From positions 64,001 through 128,000 of IMG/VR virus record IMGVR_UViG_3300012996_000001: a stretch of 64,000 bases of DNA; one strand, given 5' to 3'. Positions 36,121 through 44,195 of the stretch are shown here, piece by piece. The notes below the pieces were generated by a model, which saw nothing but the letters and a program-made list of their open reading frames with translations, was not told where the DNA came from and searched no databases. The DNA is from a virus. Taxonomy: Duplodnaviria; Heunggongvirae; Uroviricota; Caudoviricetes. How positions within the stretch are numbered: position 1 is the stretch's first letter; each line of letters starts with the position of its first letter. The translations under genes and the position numbers were made by a program.

Positions 36121-36403
36121 ACAATTTGATATCGAAGATGTCTGTATTAAAAATAAAGACCTCTCTGAGGGCCTTGCACAAAAGCTAGTAGACCTTTGCA
36201 ATAACAAGGGTGCCAGCTTTTGGAATTCCGGGTCTGAGTTACTGGCCTTCACCTGTGATTCGGATTTTATGTACCTGGAAAAAGATGAAGATGGTTTTTG
36301 GGATGTAAATGGGTCTACTCGAAACTTCCGTCCGGACATGGAAGTCGTCAGTGCGGAGGTATTTTTTGAAGTGGTCAGTAAAACCTTAGGAGATGCAAAA
36401 TGA
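36113..36403 (+). CDS. paralog pair member B
   Basis: FDIEDVCIKNKDL...LCNNKGASFW...YLEKDEDGFWDVNG. Confidence 0.75.
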   Translation: MTKQFDIEDVCIKNKDLSEGLAQKLVDLCNNKGASFWNSGSELLAFTCDSDFMYLEKDEDGFWDVNGSTRNFRPDMEVVSAEVFFEVVSKTLGDAK

Positions 36404-36732
36404 CTGAGGCTGTTAGCGGTATGACTCGTGATCGTAGCGAGCCGAAGAAAAAGGGCGCTAATTTCCCTATGGTAACCGCGATCATTAAATATGACACTTA
36501 CCCTTACTACCGAGTCATCCTGGGATTCTTACAACTGGATGGGAGTGTTACTCATTGGGGTAGTAAAGTATTATTCAGTCAAGAACATATTCTGCGCATC
36601 TTACCAGAGGCGGCTTTTGATACTCAGCAAATGCTCTTGTCCCAAGTGGAAAAGTCCTATCGTGAACAAGAACGTCAATTGTGTATTGACATCCTGAAAC
36701 AGCATGGTGTAGACTTCGTAACAGTTAAGTAA
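36400..36732 (+). CDS. hypothetical protein
   Basis: ATGA coupling. Confidence 0.6.
   Translation: MTEAVSGMTRDRSEPKKKGANFPMVTAIIKYDTYPYYRVILGFLQLDGSVTHWGSKVLFSQEHILRILPEAAFDTQQMLLSQVEKSYREQERQLCIDILKQHGVDFVTVK
36686..36715 (+). promoter_or_regulatory. possible internal sigma70-like promoter for the 675 aa gene
   Basis: TTGACA-18-TAGACT. Confidence 0.4.
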
Positions 36733-36755
36733 GAAACATAAACCCAAAGGAGAAA

Positions 36756-38783
36756 ATGATGACCGTAACTTTTCATGATTTCGTAGCTAAGCTGCAAAAA
36801 CAATTATCAACTATGAGCCAGACTGGCCTGTTTGAAGTGACTCTGGATAAAGATGCTGTTTGGGACACCTACCTGAACTCATTCCCGGCGGGTACGAACC
36901 TGATCTTCCGGGAGCGTCGCGAATACGATTGCAACTGCTGCAAGCAGTTCGTGCGTGATGTTGGCCGTGTGGTGACATTTGTTGACGGCAAGCGTGTATC
37001 TATCTGGGATATTAACGTAGGTGGTTATTACCAGCCTGTCGTTGACGCATTGTCAAAAATGGTTAAGTCAGCGCCTGTCGGCGATGAGTTCCTGCATTAC
37101 CAGGCTAAAGTTGGCAATGCACAAAGCAACGTACTGGAAGGTGATGAAGTTGTTACCTATCACCACTTCCATGCGGTTCTGCCGAAGCAGTTCGTCAAAC
37201 CAAACAAAGATATTGCAACGGCATTGTCTCTGAGCCGTGCCGATGTGCAAGTTCTGGAGCGTAGCCTCGAAGAACTGACAGCGGAAGCTGCGGAAACCAT
37301 TTTGGAGCTTAATGCCCAAGGTTCTCTGTATCGTGGTAACGAACAGATTAGCAGCGTTACGCTGTTCTTAGACTTGAAGCGCAAGTACGACACACTGAAT
37401 GCCGAAGGGAAAGAGGCTTTCGTATGGAAAAAAGGCAAAGAACTCGGATCTCGTGGTAAATTCCGAAACTCTGCGATCGGCACACTGCTGGAAGACCTGT
37501 CTGGCGGTATGGACATCGAGTCTGCGGTTAAGCGTTGGGAAAAGGTAATGGCCCCGGCAAACTACAAGCGAACAACCGCTTTAGTAACGGAAGCCATGAT
37601 CAAGAAGGCTCAAGAGAAAGTTCAGGAACTGGGTTTGATGGATTCTCTATACCGTCGCTACGCTGTGCTGGAAGACCTCACCGTGAACAACGTGCTGTTT
37701 GCGGATCGTTCAACCAAGAAAGCCACCGACGTATTTGGCGACCTGCTGAAAGACTCGAAGAAACCTGTGAAAGGTCCTTCGAATATCGAGCAGATCCCTA
37801 TTGCCAAGTTCATCTCTGATGTCCTGCCAACGGCAACCGGACTGGAAGTTTTGATGGAGAACCGACTGACAGGTAATCTGGTGTCGCTGATTGCCCCGGT
37901 TTATCCTGATGCACCCAACATGCTTAAGTGGGACAAGAACTTCTCTTGGTCTTATAACGGTGAAGTGACCGACTCGATCAAAGAGCGTGTGAAAGCTGCT
38001 GGCGGAGCAGTTGATGGTGAGTTGCGTGCCTCTCTGTCTTGGCATAACGGTGATGACCTCGACCTTCATATGTTCGAGCCATCAGGTGACCGTCTGTACT
38101 ACGGTAATCGTAGCTATGCTTCGAAGAATGGTGGACAGCTTGACGTAGACATGAATGCAGGTGGTCCAAAAAACCCTAAAGACCCGGTGGAGAATATTAT
38201 TTATCCTCGCCGCAATGGTCGTAAACAAACGCCGGGTATTTATACGGTGCAGGTTAATCAGTACAGCCAGCGCGACTTTGATAACCCACAAGGTTTCGAA
38301 GTTGAGGTTGAATACAAAGGTGAAATCTACACTTTCGCCCAGAAAACCAACCCTCGGTCTTCGCAGACGGTGCAGGTGGTTAAATTCCGTATCACTGAAG
38401 ACGAAAAGCTGGTTATCATCGAAAGCATCGACCACAGCAAGCAGTCTAAAGAAATTTGGGGTGTGAGCACCGAACAGTTCCAAAAAGTGTCACTGGTGAT
38501 GAACTCACCTAACCACTGGGACGGACAGGCTGTTGGCAACAAGCACTACTTCTTCATGCTGGAAGGTGCGAAGCAGCCGGGGACCACACGCGGTTTCTAT
38601 AACGAATACCTGCGTAACGACCTGAATGATCATCGCAAAGTGTTTGAACACTTGGCAGGTAAAATGAAAGTTCCTGCTTCGGACGATCAACTGTCGGGCT
38701 TGGGTTTCTCTGATACCCAGCGCAACGAACTGACCGTCAAAGTTACTGGGGCGTTTACCCGTACAGTTAAAGTAATTTTTTAA
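36756..38783 (+). CDS. conserved phage protein (675 aa) with Cys motif and YfaP/DUF2135-like domain
   Basis: EYDCNCCKQF; ASLSWHNGDDLDLH...GQLDVDMN...PVENI. Confidence 0.8.
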   Translation: MMTVTFHDFVAKLQKQLSTMSQTGLFEVTLDKDAVWDTYLNSFPAGTNLIFRERREYDCNCCKQFVRDVGRVVTFVDGKRVSIWDINVGGYYQPVVDALSKMVKSAPVGDEFLHYQAKVGNAQSNVLEGDEVVTYHHFHAVLPKQFVKPNKDIATALSLSRADVQVLERSLEELTAEAAETILELNAQGSLYRGNEQISSVTLFLDLKRKYDTLNAEGKEAFVWKKGKELGSRGKFRNSAIGTLLEDLSGGMDIESAVKRWEKVMAPANYKRTTALVTEAMIKKAQEKVQELGLMDSLYRRYAVLEDLTVNNVLFADRSTKKATDVFGDLLKDSKKPVKGPSNIEQIPIAKFISDVLPTATGLEVLMENRLTGNLVSLIAPVYPDAPNMLKWDKNFSWSYNGEVTDSIKERVKAAGGAVDGELRASLSWHNGDDLDLHMFEPSGDRLYYGNRSYASKNGGQLDVDMNAGGPKNPKDPVENIIYPRRNGRKQTPGIYTVQVNQYSQRDFDNPQGFEVEVEYKGEIYTFAQKTNPRSSQTVQVVKFRITEDEKLVIIESIDHSKQSKEIWGVSTEQFQKVSLVMNSPNHWDGQAVGNKHYFFMLEGAKQPGTTRGFYNEYLRNDLNDHRKVFEHLAGKMKVPASDDQLSGLGFSDTQRNELTVKVTGAFTRTVKVIF

Positions 38784-38812
38784 TTGACACCGGGCCCGAA
38801 AGGGCCCATAAT
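38784..38812 (+). promoter_or_regulatory. sigma70-like promoter with hairpin spacer
   Basis: TTGACA-CCGGGCCCGAAAGGGCC(17)-CATAAT. Confidence 0.7.
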
Positions 38813-38843
38813 TGAACTGAACTTAACCATTTAGGAGAGAGAT

Positions 38844-39242
38844 ATGTCTACCAATATTTTTGAACTGGCCGCACGCGGTAAACTCCGTTTCGCGTCTAAG
38901 CGTTTCGCTTCGCTGGCTGTAGAAGACCTGTTTGACCTTACCCTGCGCGAACTGGATGATATCGCCAAGGGCATCAATCGTAGCATCAACTCAGAAAAGG
39001 AAGAGTCTTTCCTTTCTGAGAACAAAAATCCATTGCAGAAGGATCTGGAACTCCGTCTGGAGATCTTGAAGTACGTCATCAACGTGCTAGAAACTGAGCA
39101 GAAGGCTCGCCTGGAAGCTGCAAGCAAAGCAGCTAAACGTCAGAAGCTGATCGACTCTCTGGCGCAAGCAGAGGACCGCGAAAACGCTCAGAAGACCCCT
39201 GAGCAAATCCGAGCCGAACTCGCGGCGCTGGACCAAGAATAA
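38844..39242 (+). CDS. conserved phage helical/coiled-coil protein
   Basis: NIFELAARGKLRF...VEDLFDL...LDDIAK...SFL...LELRLEILKYVI. Confidence 0.8.
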   Translation: MSTNIFELAARGKLRFASKRFASLAVEDLFDLTLRELDDIAKGINRSINSEKEESFLSENKNPLQKDLELRLEILKYVINVLETEQKARLEAASKAAKRQKLIDSLAQAEDRENAQKTPEQIRAELAALDQE

Positions 39243-39245
39243 AAT

Positions 39246-39271
39246 AAACCGCCTTCGGGCGGTTTTTTATT
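39246..39271 (+). terminator. intrinsic terminator, same hairpin as 33604
   Basis: AAACCGCC-TTCG-GGCGGTTT-TTT. Confidence 0.88.
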
Positions 39272-39282
39272 ATCTAAAGTTA

Positions 39283-39311
39283 TTGACTTCCTTGTACCAC
39301 TTCATCATAAT
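39283..39311 (+). promoter_or_regulatory. sigma70-like early promoter
   Basis: TTGACT-17-CATAAT. Confidence 0.75.
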
Positions 39312-39340
39312 AAAACTATCGAAAACACAGGAGAAAACAA

Positions 39341-39559
39341 ATGACTATCGAAAAAGATCCACGTTGGATCCAGTTCAAGACTACGTTCAGGAACAAGACA
39401 AAAGCTGACCTGATTGAATATTTGTTCCTTGCGGTAGAAGAGATTGAACAACTCAAGTATAATTACAACAAAGACATTAAAGCCATGTCTTCAGCAAATG
39501 CAAATTATCTGTCAGCCTGCCGCAGCGTAGGTGGCGTAACCTTACCTCCGGGAGTGTAA
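39341..39559 (+). CDS. hypothetical coiled-coil protein
   Basis: RBS AGGAG. Confidence 0.65.
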   Translation: MTIEKDPRWIQFKTTFRNKTKADLIEYLFLAVEEIEQLKYNYNKDIKAMSSANANYLSACRSVGGVTLPPGV

Positions 39560-40251
39560 TGATGAAATTTAATCGCGGTACAGTTGAGTTCGGAAAGTCT
39601 ATTGAGAAACCTTCTCAAGACGTGATCAAGAACGCACAGGGCCTGTGGAATGCCTCGTTTGAGGATGCCATCCGCTTCGGCGGTGAATTAACCCGGGCAG
39701 CATTGCAAGCTGTAAATTTACGCGGTGATCGGAAGTATATCGTCGTAGACGTTAAAACCCACATGCTGATGAAGGATATGATGCCCGCGATCCCCGGTTG
39801 GCATACCGATGGTGTGCCTCGTGGAGAAGGTATGTCCCCGGCTAAAGGTGTGCCTGTGATCCAACGCCAGGAGGGAGAACTTAGCCCACGCTACCACTTA
39901 CTAGTCACGGGAGGAAACTGCCCCACGCAGTTCCTTAAGACCCGTAACGTAGACCTGCTGGTCCCTGAATCTGAAAGCATGGCACCTAAGCTGTACCAAT
40001 ACGTTTCCTCTCAGGTGGAGAAAAAGCTGCGTTGGGAGACCCCGGACCTGCAACCCTACGATGCACCTGATTCTCAGTTCGTAGAGTGGGACTGGTGGGA
40101 ACTTCATACGGCGATCCCCTCCCGTGGTGTAGGCTGGCGTTATCTGATTAGGGTAACAGAAACCGATTATCTTCAACCACAAACGGATTTAAGGTCTGTT
40201 CTTCGTAATCAACAGCAGGTTTATATGCCGAGTAAGGAGTTCGGATGGTGA
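39559..40251 (+). CDS. putative 2OG-Fe(II) oxygenase-fold protein
   Basis: PGWHTDG (HxD), WELHTA (distal His), WRYLIRV (2OG-binding Arg). Confidence 0.65.
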   Translation: MMKFNRGTVEFGKSIEKPSQDVIKNAQGLWNASFEDAIRFGGELTRAALQAVNLRGDRKYIVVDVKTHMLMKDMMPAIPGWHTDGVPRGEGMSPAKGVPVIQRQEGELSPRYHLLVTGGNCPTQFLKTRNVDLLVPESESMAPKLYQYVSSQVEKKLRWETPDLQPYDAPDSQFVEWDWWELHTAIPSRGVGWRYLIRVTETDYLQPQTDLRSVLRNQQQVYMPSKEFGW

Positions 40252-40463
40252 TGCAATTATCGGTAGGACAGACCGTTGCTCTGCGTGAGCTAAATAAACA
40301 CGGAGAGTGGTCATCGGCAATGAAAAACGGATTTGAGCCCAATAAAGCCTACTACGTGATAGAGGTCGATGGGCGGGATATAAGACTGTCCGATCCAAAC
40401 TGGCCTTTCTTTACTTGCGTGGTCGGCGATCCGGAGGATATTATTCCGTATGAAAAAGGTTGA
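40245..40463 (+). CDS. small SH3-like hypothetical protein
   Basis: LSVGQTV...YYVIEVDG. Confidence 0.55.
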   Translation: MVMQLSVGQTVALRELNKHGEWSSAMKNGFEPNKAYYVIEVDGRDIRLSDPNWPFFTCVVGDPEDIIPYEKG

Positions 40464-40665
40464 CAACAATCAGGAAAAGTACGAGTATGAACGCCATCAC
40501 TTTTACTTGGACAGCAATGCCGGGAAACAGGTGTGTGCTAACTGCGGGCTGATCGCTTTGCGTAACAAGGCTTCCGAATGGTGCGTTGAAAAAGGCTGCA
40601 ATTACAAACTGCATAGCTCTTATCAATCAACAATCAAGAAGTTAACTAAAACCTTCAATTTTTAG
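40450..40665 (+). CDS. small Cys/His Zn-finger-like protein
   Basis: HHF...VCANCGLI...WCVEKGC. Confidence 0.65.
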   Translation: MKKVDNNQEKYEYERHHFYLDSNAGKQVCANCGLIALRNKASEWCVEKGCNYKLHSSYQSTIKKLTKTFNF

Positions 40666-40673
40666 GAGAACAT

Positions 40674-41030
40674 ATGATTAGTTTTTGGGCTTACTTGCTG
40701 GATCACTGGGTTGGGTTTTCAGTGTTTTCTTTTATAGGTTTTTTGTTTGGCGTGCTGGTATTGACTGATGGGACTCGTCGCAGTGTGAAGGGCAATCTAA
40801 AAGTGATATTTATCCACATCCTGCTCTGGGGATGTTTAGCCTGGCCTCTTATATCGAGCCTTGATTACCACAAGGCAAGTAACCACTACGTCAGTTGCAG
40901 CAAGCCTGTGGCGAAACGTGCCGGATATATTTACTCTCATTATAAGTGCTGGGCCCCTGCTCGTGCAGGAACCTACGTCGACATTAATGAAAAACTGAAA
41001 ACTGAAAAGGAGTTACGCAATGAACCGTGA
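40674..41030 (+). CDS. membrane protein
   Basis: Two TM segments. Confidence 0.65.
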   Translation: MISFWAYLLDHWVGFSVFSFIGFLFGVLVLTDGTRRSVKGNLKVIFIHILLWGCLAWPLISSLDYHKASNHYVSCSKPVAKRAGYIYSHYKCWAPARAGTYVDINEKLKTEKELRNEP

Positions 41031-41424
41031 AGCTATTATGCAAGGACAAGAGCAACGTGAAGCTTTCAACATCTTCCTTTCTAAACTACGAGGGCATGGT
41101 TTCGGTAAAAAGATTGCAGAGGAGTATCCCGACGCCGTGCTGGTGATCGACGAATCTGCGGAGTTGCCGAAGATTAAAGAGTGCCAAGAGTGGTCCTGTC
41201 AATGCGGATGCGGCGGTAGTGAACCAATCTTTATTCCTCACCCAACAATGTCTGTTGTGGGTCCTGAGGGCCTGATTGAGGCAAATATCGAGGGTGTTTG
41301 GGTATCGCCCTGTGTCCAAGGTGGTTGTGATGTTGAAGACGGTCTTCGTTTTCATGGCATGGATCTGTGGGACTACAGCCTTGATAACTTCGTCAGCCCG
41401 GCTGTGACTTTAGAAGGTAACTGA
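41020..41424 (+). CDS. hypothetical Cys-rich protein
   Basis: WSCQCGCGG...SPCVQGGC. Confidence 0.6.
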   Translation: MNREAIMQGQEQREAFNIFLSKLRGHGFGKKIAEEYPDAVLVIDESAELPKIKECQEWSCQCGCGGSEPIFIPHPTMSVVGPEGLIEANIEGVWVSPCVQGGCDVEDGLRFHGMDLWDYSLDNFVSPAVTLEGN

Positions 41425-41756
41425 TGAAGGTCCTTAATTTCTACCACCTTGGGAAAGTAATACCTCCCGGTGCCGTTTATATGGGCAGGCCGATGAAAAA
41501 ATTCGGCCTGGAGGGATCTAAGTTCGCAAATCCATTCCCTATGAAAAAGGATGGTAGCGACAGAGACGAGGTCGTGGAAAAGTACCGTAAATGGTTATGG
41601 CTGCAACTGTCTCGTAAGGGTGGGATAACCGTCTCTAACCTACTCGCCTTAGATGGTAAAGACCTAGTGTGCTTTTGTGCCCCTAAGCGATGCCACTGCG
41701 ACGTTATCATCGACGCGATAGAATGGGCAAAAAGGAGTAAACAAGATGTTTCTTAA
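41424..41756 (+). CDS. DUF4326-family protein
   Basis: VYMGRP...SKFANPF...YRKWL...GKDLVCFCAPKRCHCDVI. Confidence 0.8.
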   Translation: MKVLNFYHLGKVIPPGAVYMGRPMKKFGLEGSKFANPFPMKKDGSDRDEVVEKYRKWLWLQLSRKGGITVSNLLALDGKDLVCFCAPKRCHCDVIIDAIEWAKRSKQDVS

Positions 41757-42015
41757 GCTGGTAAAACTAATCGGTTGTGTGGTTATCCTGTTTCTTCTCA
41801 ACCCTCATCGTGCCTTGTTGTTCTTGGTCAAAATGGTGGCGTTGGGGTTATCTTGGGTAGCCTGGCGGATGGAAGATCTGGCAACTTGGCTGGATAAACA
41901 ATTCGAACGCTACCGATTTAAATTTTGGTTGATCGGCAAGCCTTTTACTGTTAGATTAGCGAAGTACGAGAGAGAGCTTGTGGTCGAGCTTAAAAAGAAA
42001 GGCTACCTTGAGTAA
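41746..42015 (+). CDS. membrane protein
   Basis: Hydrophobic N-terminal half. Confidence 0.55.
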   Translation: MFLKLVKLIGCVVILFLLNPHRALLFLVKMVALGLSWVAWRMEDLATWLDKQFERYRFKFWLIGKPFTVRLAKYERELVVELKKKGYLE

Positions 42016-42061
42016 TTTGTCACAAGTGAGCTTAACATTGTATTCTGGAAGGAGAGTAAAT

Positions 42062-42685
42062 ATGTTCAAGAAAGTTATTGCATGGATCAAAACCCTGTTC
42101 ACACCGCTGAAAATCGAAGAGCATGATGTTGATCAGTTTATCCAGGCTCAGCGACGTAACCATAACCAACAGGATACTGTTCTGTCGGTGAAGGTTCGTG
42201 AAGGTAAAGAGACGGTAACGACTCCGGCATCAACCCCGGTTGTTCCGCAACCTGTTGTAGCTAAGGCTCCGGCCACACCGCCAAAGTCTCTCAATGAGCA
42301 GTTAAAAGACGTGGAACTGCCTGTGTATGCCCGAGGTAAGAAATTACCGCCCAAGGCTAAACGCCAGTTTATTGAACGTAAAAATGCAATCGTTCAAAGT
42401 TATCCCGCACGGGGTCAATCTCTGCGGCGGACGGAGGACAACTCGTCATCAAGTCCTGTTGATCCGATGAGTGCAGCACTATTAACTGCGGTTGTTGTCA
42501 GTAATGATACCCCGACGCGAGTTGAGGAATGTCGCAGTTCTTCTTCTTCTTCTCATGACACAGACTACTCCTCCAGTAGTCACAGCAGTTCTCATGACAG
42601 TTACAGTAGTTCTTCAAGCAGCCATAGTTCTTACGACTCAAGTTCGTACGACAGCGGATCCTCCAGCTACTCAAGCTGTGATTAA
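42062..42685 (+). CDS. hypothetical protein with Ser-rich low-complexity C-terminus
   Basis: ...SSSSSHDTDYSSSSHSSSHDSYSSSSSSHSSYDSSSYDSGSSSYSSCD. Confidence 0.7.
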   Translation: MFKKVIAWIKTLFTPLKIEEHDVDQFIQAQRRNHNQQDTVLSVKVREGKETVTTPASTPVVPQPVVAKAPATPPKSLNEQLKDVELPVYARGKKLPPKAKRQFIERKNAIVQSYPARGQSLRRTEDNSSSSPVDPMSAALLTAVVVSNDTPTRVEECRSSSSSSHDTDYSSSSHSSSHDSYSSSSSSHSSYDSSSYDSGSSSYSSCD

Positions 42686-42695
42686 GTAAAATACC

Positions 42696-42714
42696 GGGGC
42701 TTCGGCCCCATTGT
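42696..42714 (+). terminator. UUCG hairpin, weak terminator
   Basis: GGGGC-TTCG-GCCCC-ATTGT. Confidence 0.45.
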
Positions 42715-42749
42715 GGAGTAAAAGCAGTAACCTAGAGGAGTGTGATGTA

Positions 42750-43181
42750 ATGAAAGATAAAAAGTACCCGAAATACCCACCTAAGCCTACATCTGGAAAG
42801 TCTGTTCAATATGGTGATGAAGGGTGGCCTCGTATCACGAAGGAAGAAATAGCCATTGCCAAGCAGGTATTCTCAGATATCTATGTGTTTGGTAAAGATA
42901 GTGACCCACACAAGCTTTTCGCATATGCATTAGGATCTACTCGTACACGCGCCAAGCAAGTGTTTTATTGGGTGCTTTACCAAAAGGGGAGCCTTGTACA
43001 AGACACTATGGCCCGAGAAAGGAAAGTTAGAGCGAAACTCACAAGGCGGATTAAAAAGTATTCAGAGTTTTTGGAAAATCCAGAGACCCCTTACCAAATT
43101 ATCAGTCGTGCCCAAGATGAAGTCGATCAGGACGAGATCGAAAAGGCTGCACGCAAAAAGGAAAATCATGATAAAACCTGA
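42750..43181 (+). CDS. hypothetical basic protein
   Basis: RBS GAGGAG. Confidence 0.6.
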   Translation: MKDKKYPKYPPKPTSGKSVQYGDEGWPRITKEEIAIAKQVFSDIYVFGKDSDPHKLFAYALGSTRTRAKQVFYWVLYQKGSLVQDTMARERKVRAKLTRRIKKYSEFLENPETPYQIISRAQDEVDQDEIEKAARKKENHDKT

Positions 43182-43313
43182 GGTGTTCGTAGTTTTGTTC
43201 CTGTTTGTTTCTATGGCAGGTGCTCGTTTCAATTACTGGATGGTCATGTCTTCCACCGCCTTTATTGGCGGTGTTATCGTGGCTACTGAACTTTCTAAGC
43301 ATTGGGGGTGGTT

Positions 43314-43769
43314 ATGATCGTAGACTTGGCTTGGGCATTATTTACAGGGACAGCTTGGCTGTTCGTCATTGTTTGGTTGGCACCATTCTTGGTGGCTAAC
43401 AAGCGAGATCATCGCAACAAGTATTTAATCCTGGCACTCTCTGTTATTGCCTCGTTGTGGCCTGTCTGGAGCATAAGTGCGCTAGCTTGGGTTATCCTGA
43501 TCATCTATGCCTCCCTGACAGAGCCCAAACTGGTATTTATTCAAGGACCTCAAGGTCAACCTGGCCGAGATGGTCAGGATGGAAAACCAGGTGAAGAAGG
43601 TCGCTCCGGAAGAGACGGACTAACACCTTACGAACTTTACATGATTAATGAGATACAAAATGGAGAAGGCCACATTATGTCTGAAGGAGACTTTTTGGAG
43701 ACACTAAAAAATCCTCCCGTCCCTCTGTCAAAGAAAGGATTTATCCGTCAACAAAAAGGAAAGTTGTAA
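43314..43769 (+). CDS. T4 Imm-like superinfection-immunity membrane domain fused to collagen-like repeat
   Basis: WLAPFLVANKRDHRNKYLILALS...WVILIIYA; GPQGQPGRDGQDGKPGEEGRSGRDGLT. Confidence 0.6.
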   Translation: MIVDLAWALFTGTAWLFVIVWLAPFLVANKRDHRNKYLILALSVIASLWPVWSISALAWVILIIYASLTEPKLVFIQGPQGQPGRDGQDGKPGEEGRSGRDGLTPYELYMINEIQNGEGHIMSEGDFLETLKNPPVPLSKKGFIRQQKGKL

Positions 43770-43819
43770 TCAACTAAAAAGTGGTGTAAGCTACTTTAAA
43801 ATACACAAGAGGACAGAAC

Positions 43820-44185
43820 ATGAGCATCTTTGACAATACATTCACAGAGCCGGGTTGGAATTGCATCGTTGCAGAGAAGACCGTAACTCGCGATCAACAT
43901 CATAACTATGTCAATATGAACCTTGTTTACGAAAGAGAGAACCGTATAGCGGAAATTAAAGCGGTATACGCTGTAAATCCCGGCGGTAAGATCTCGAAAG
44001 TGATTCCGGTCCGTATCATGATCCGTGTATATATCAAGAATGATATTGAGGAGGTCGAAGTGTTTAAGCGTAAGCTTAGCGCTATCCGCGAAGAGGATAT
44101 GACTGAAGAGATGATCAAAGATATCTACACAGCCAACAAAATGTTCGATCTGGCGGAAGAAGATATCCGTCGGGTATACCTTTAA
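43820..44185 (+). CDS. hypothetical protein
   Basis: RBS GAGG. Confidence 0.65.
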   Translation: MSIFDNTFTEPGWNCIVAEKTVTRDQHHNYVNMNLVYERENRIAEIKAVYAVNPGGKISKVIPVRIMIRVYIKNDIEEVEVFKRKLSAIREEDMTEEMIKDIYTANKMFDLAEEDIRRVYL

Positions 44186-44195
44186 GGGGGATAAG

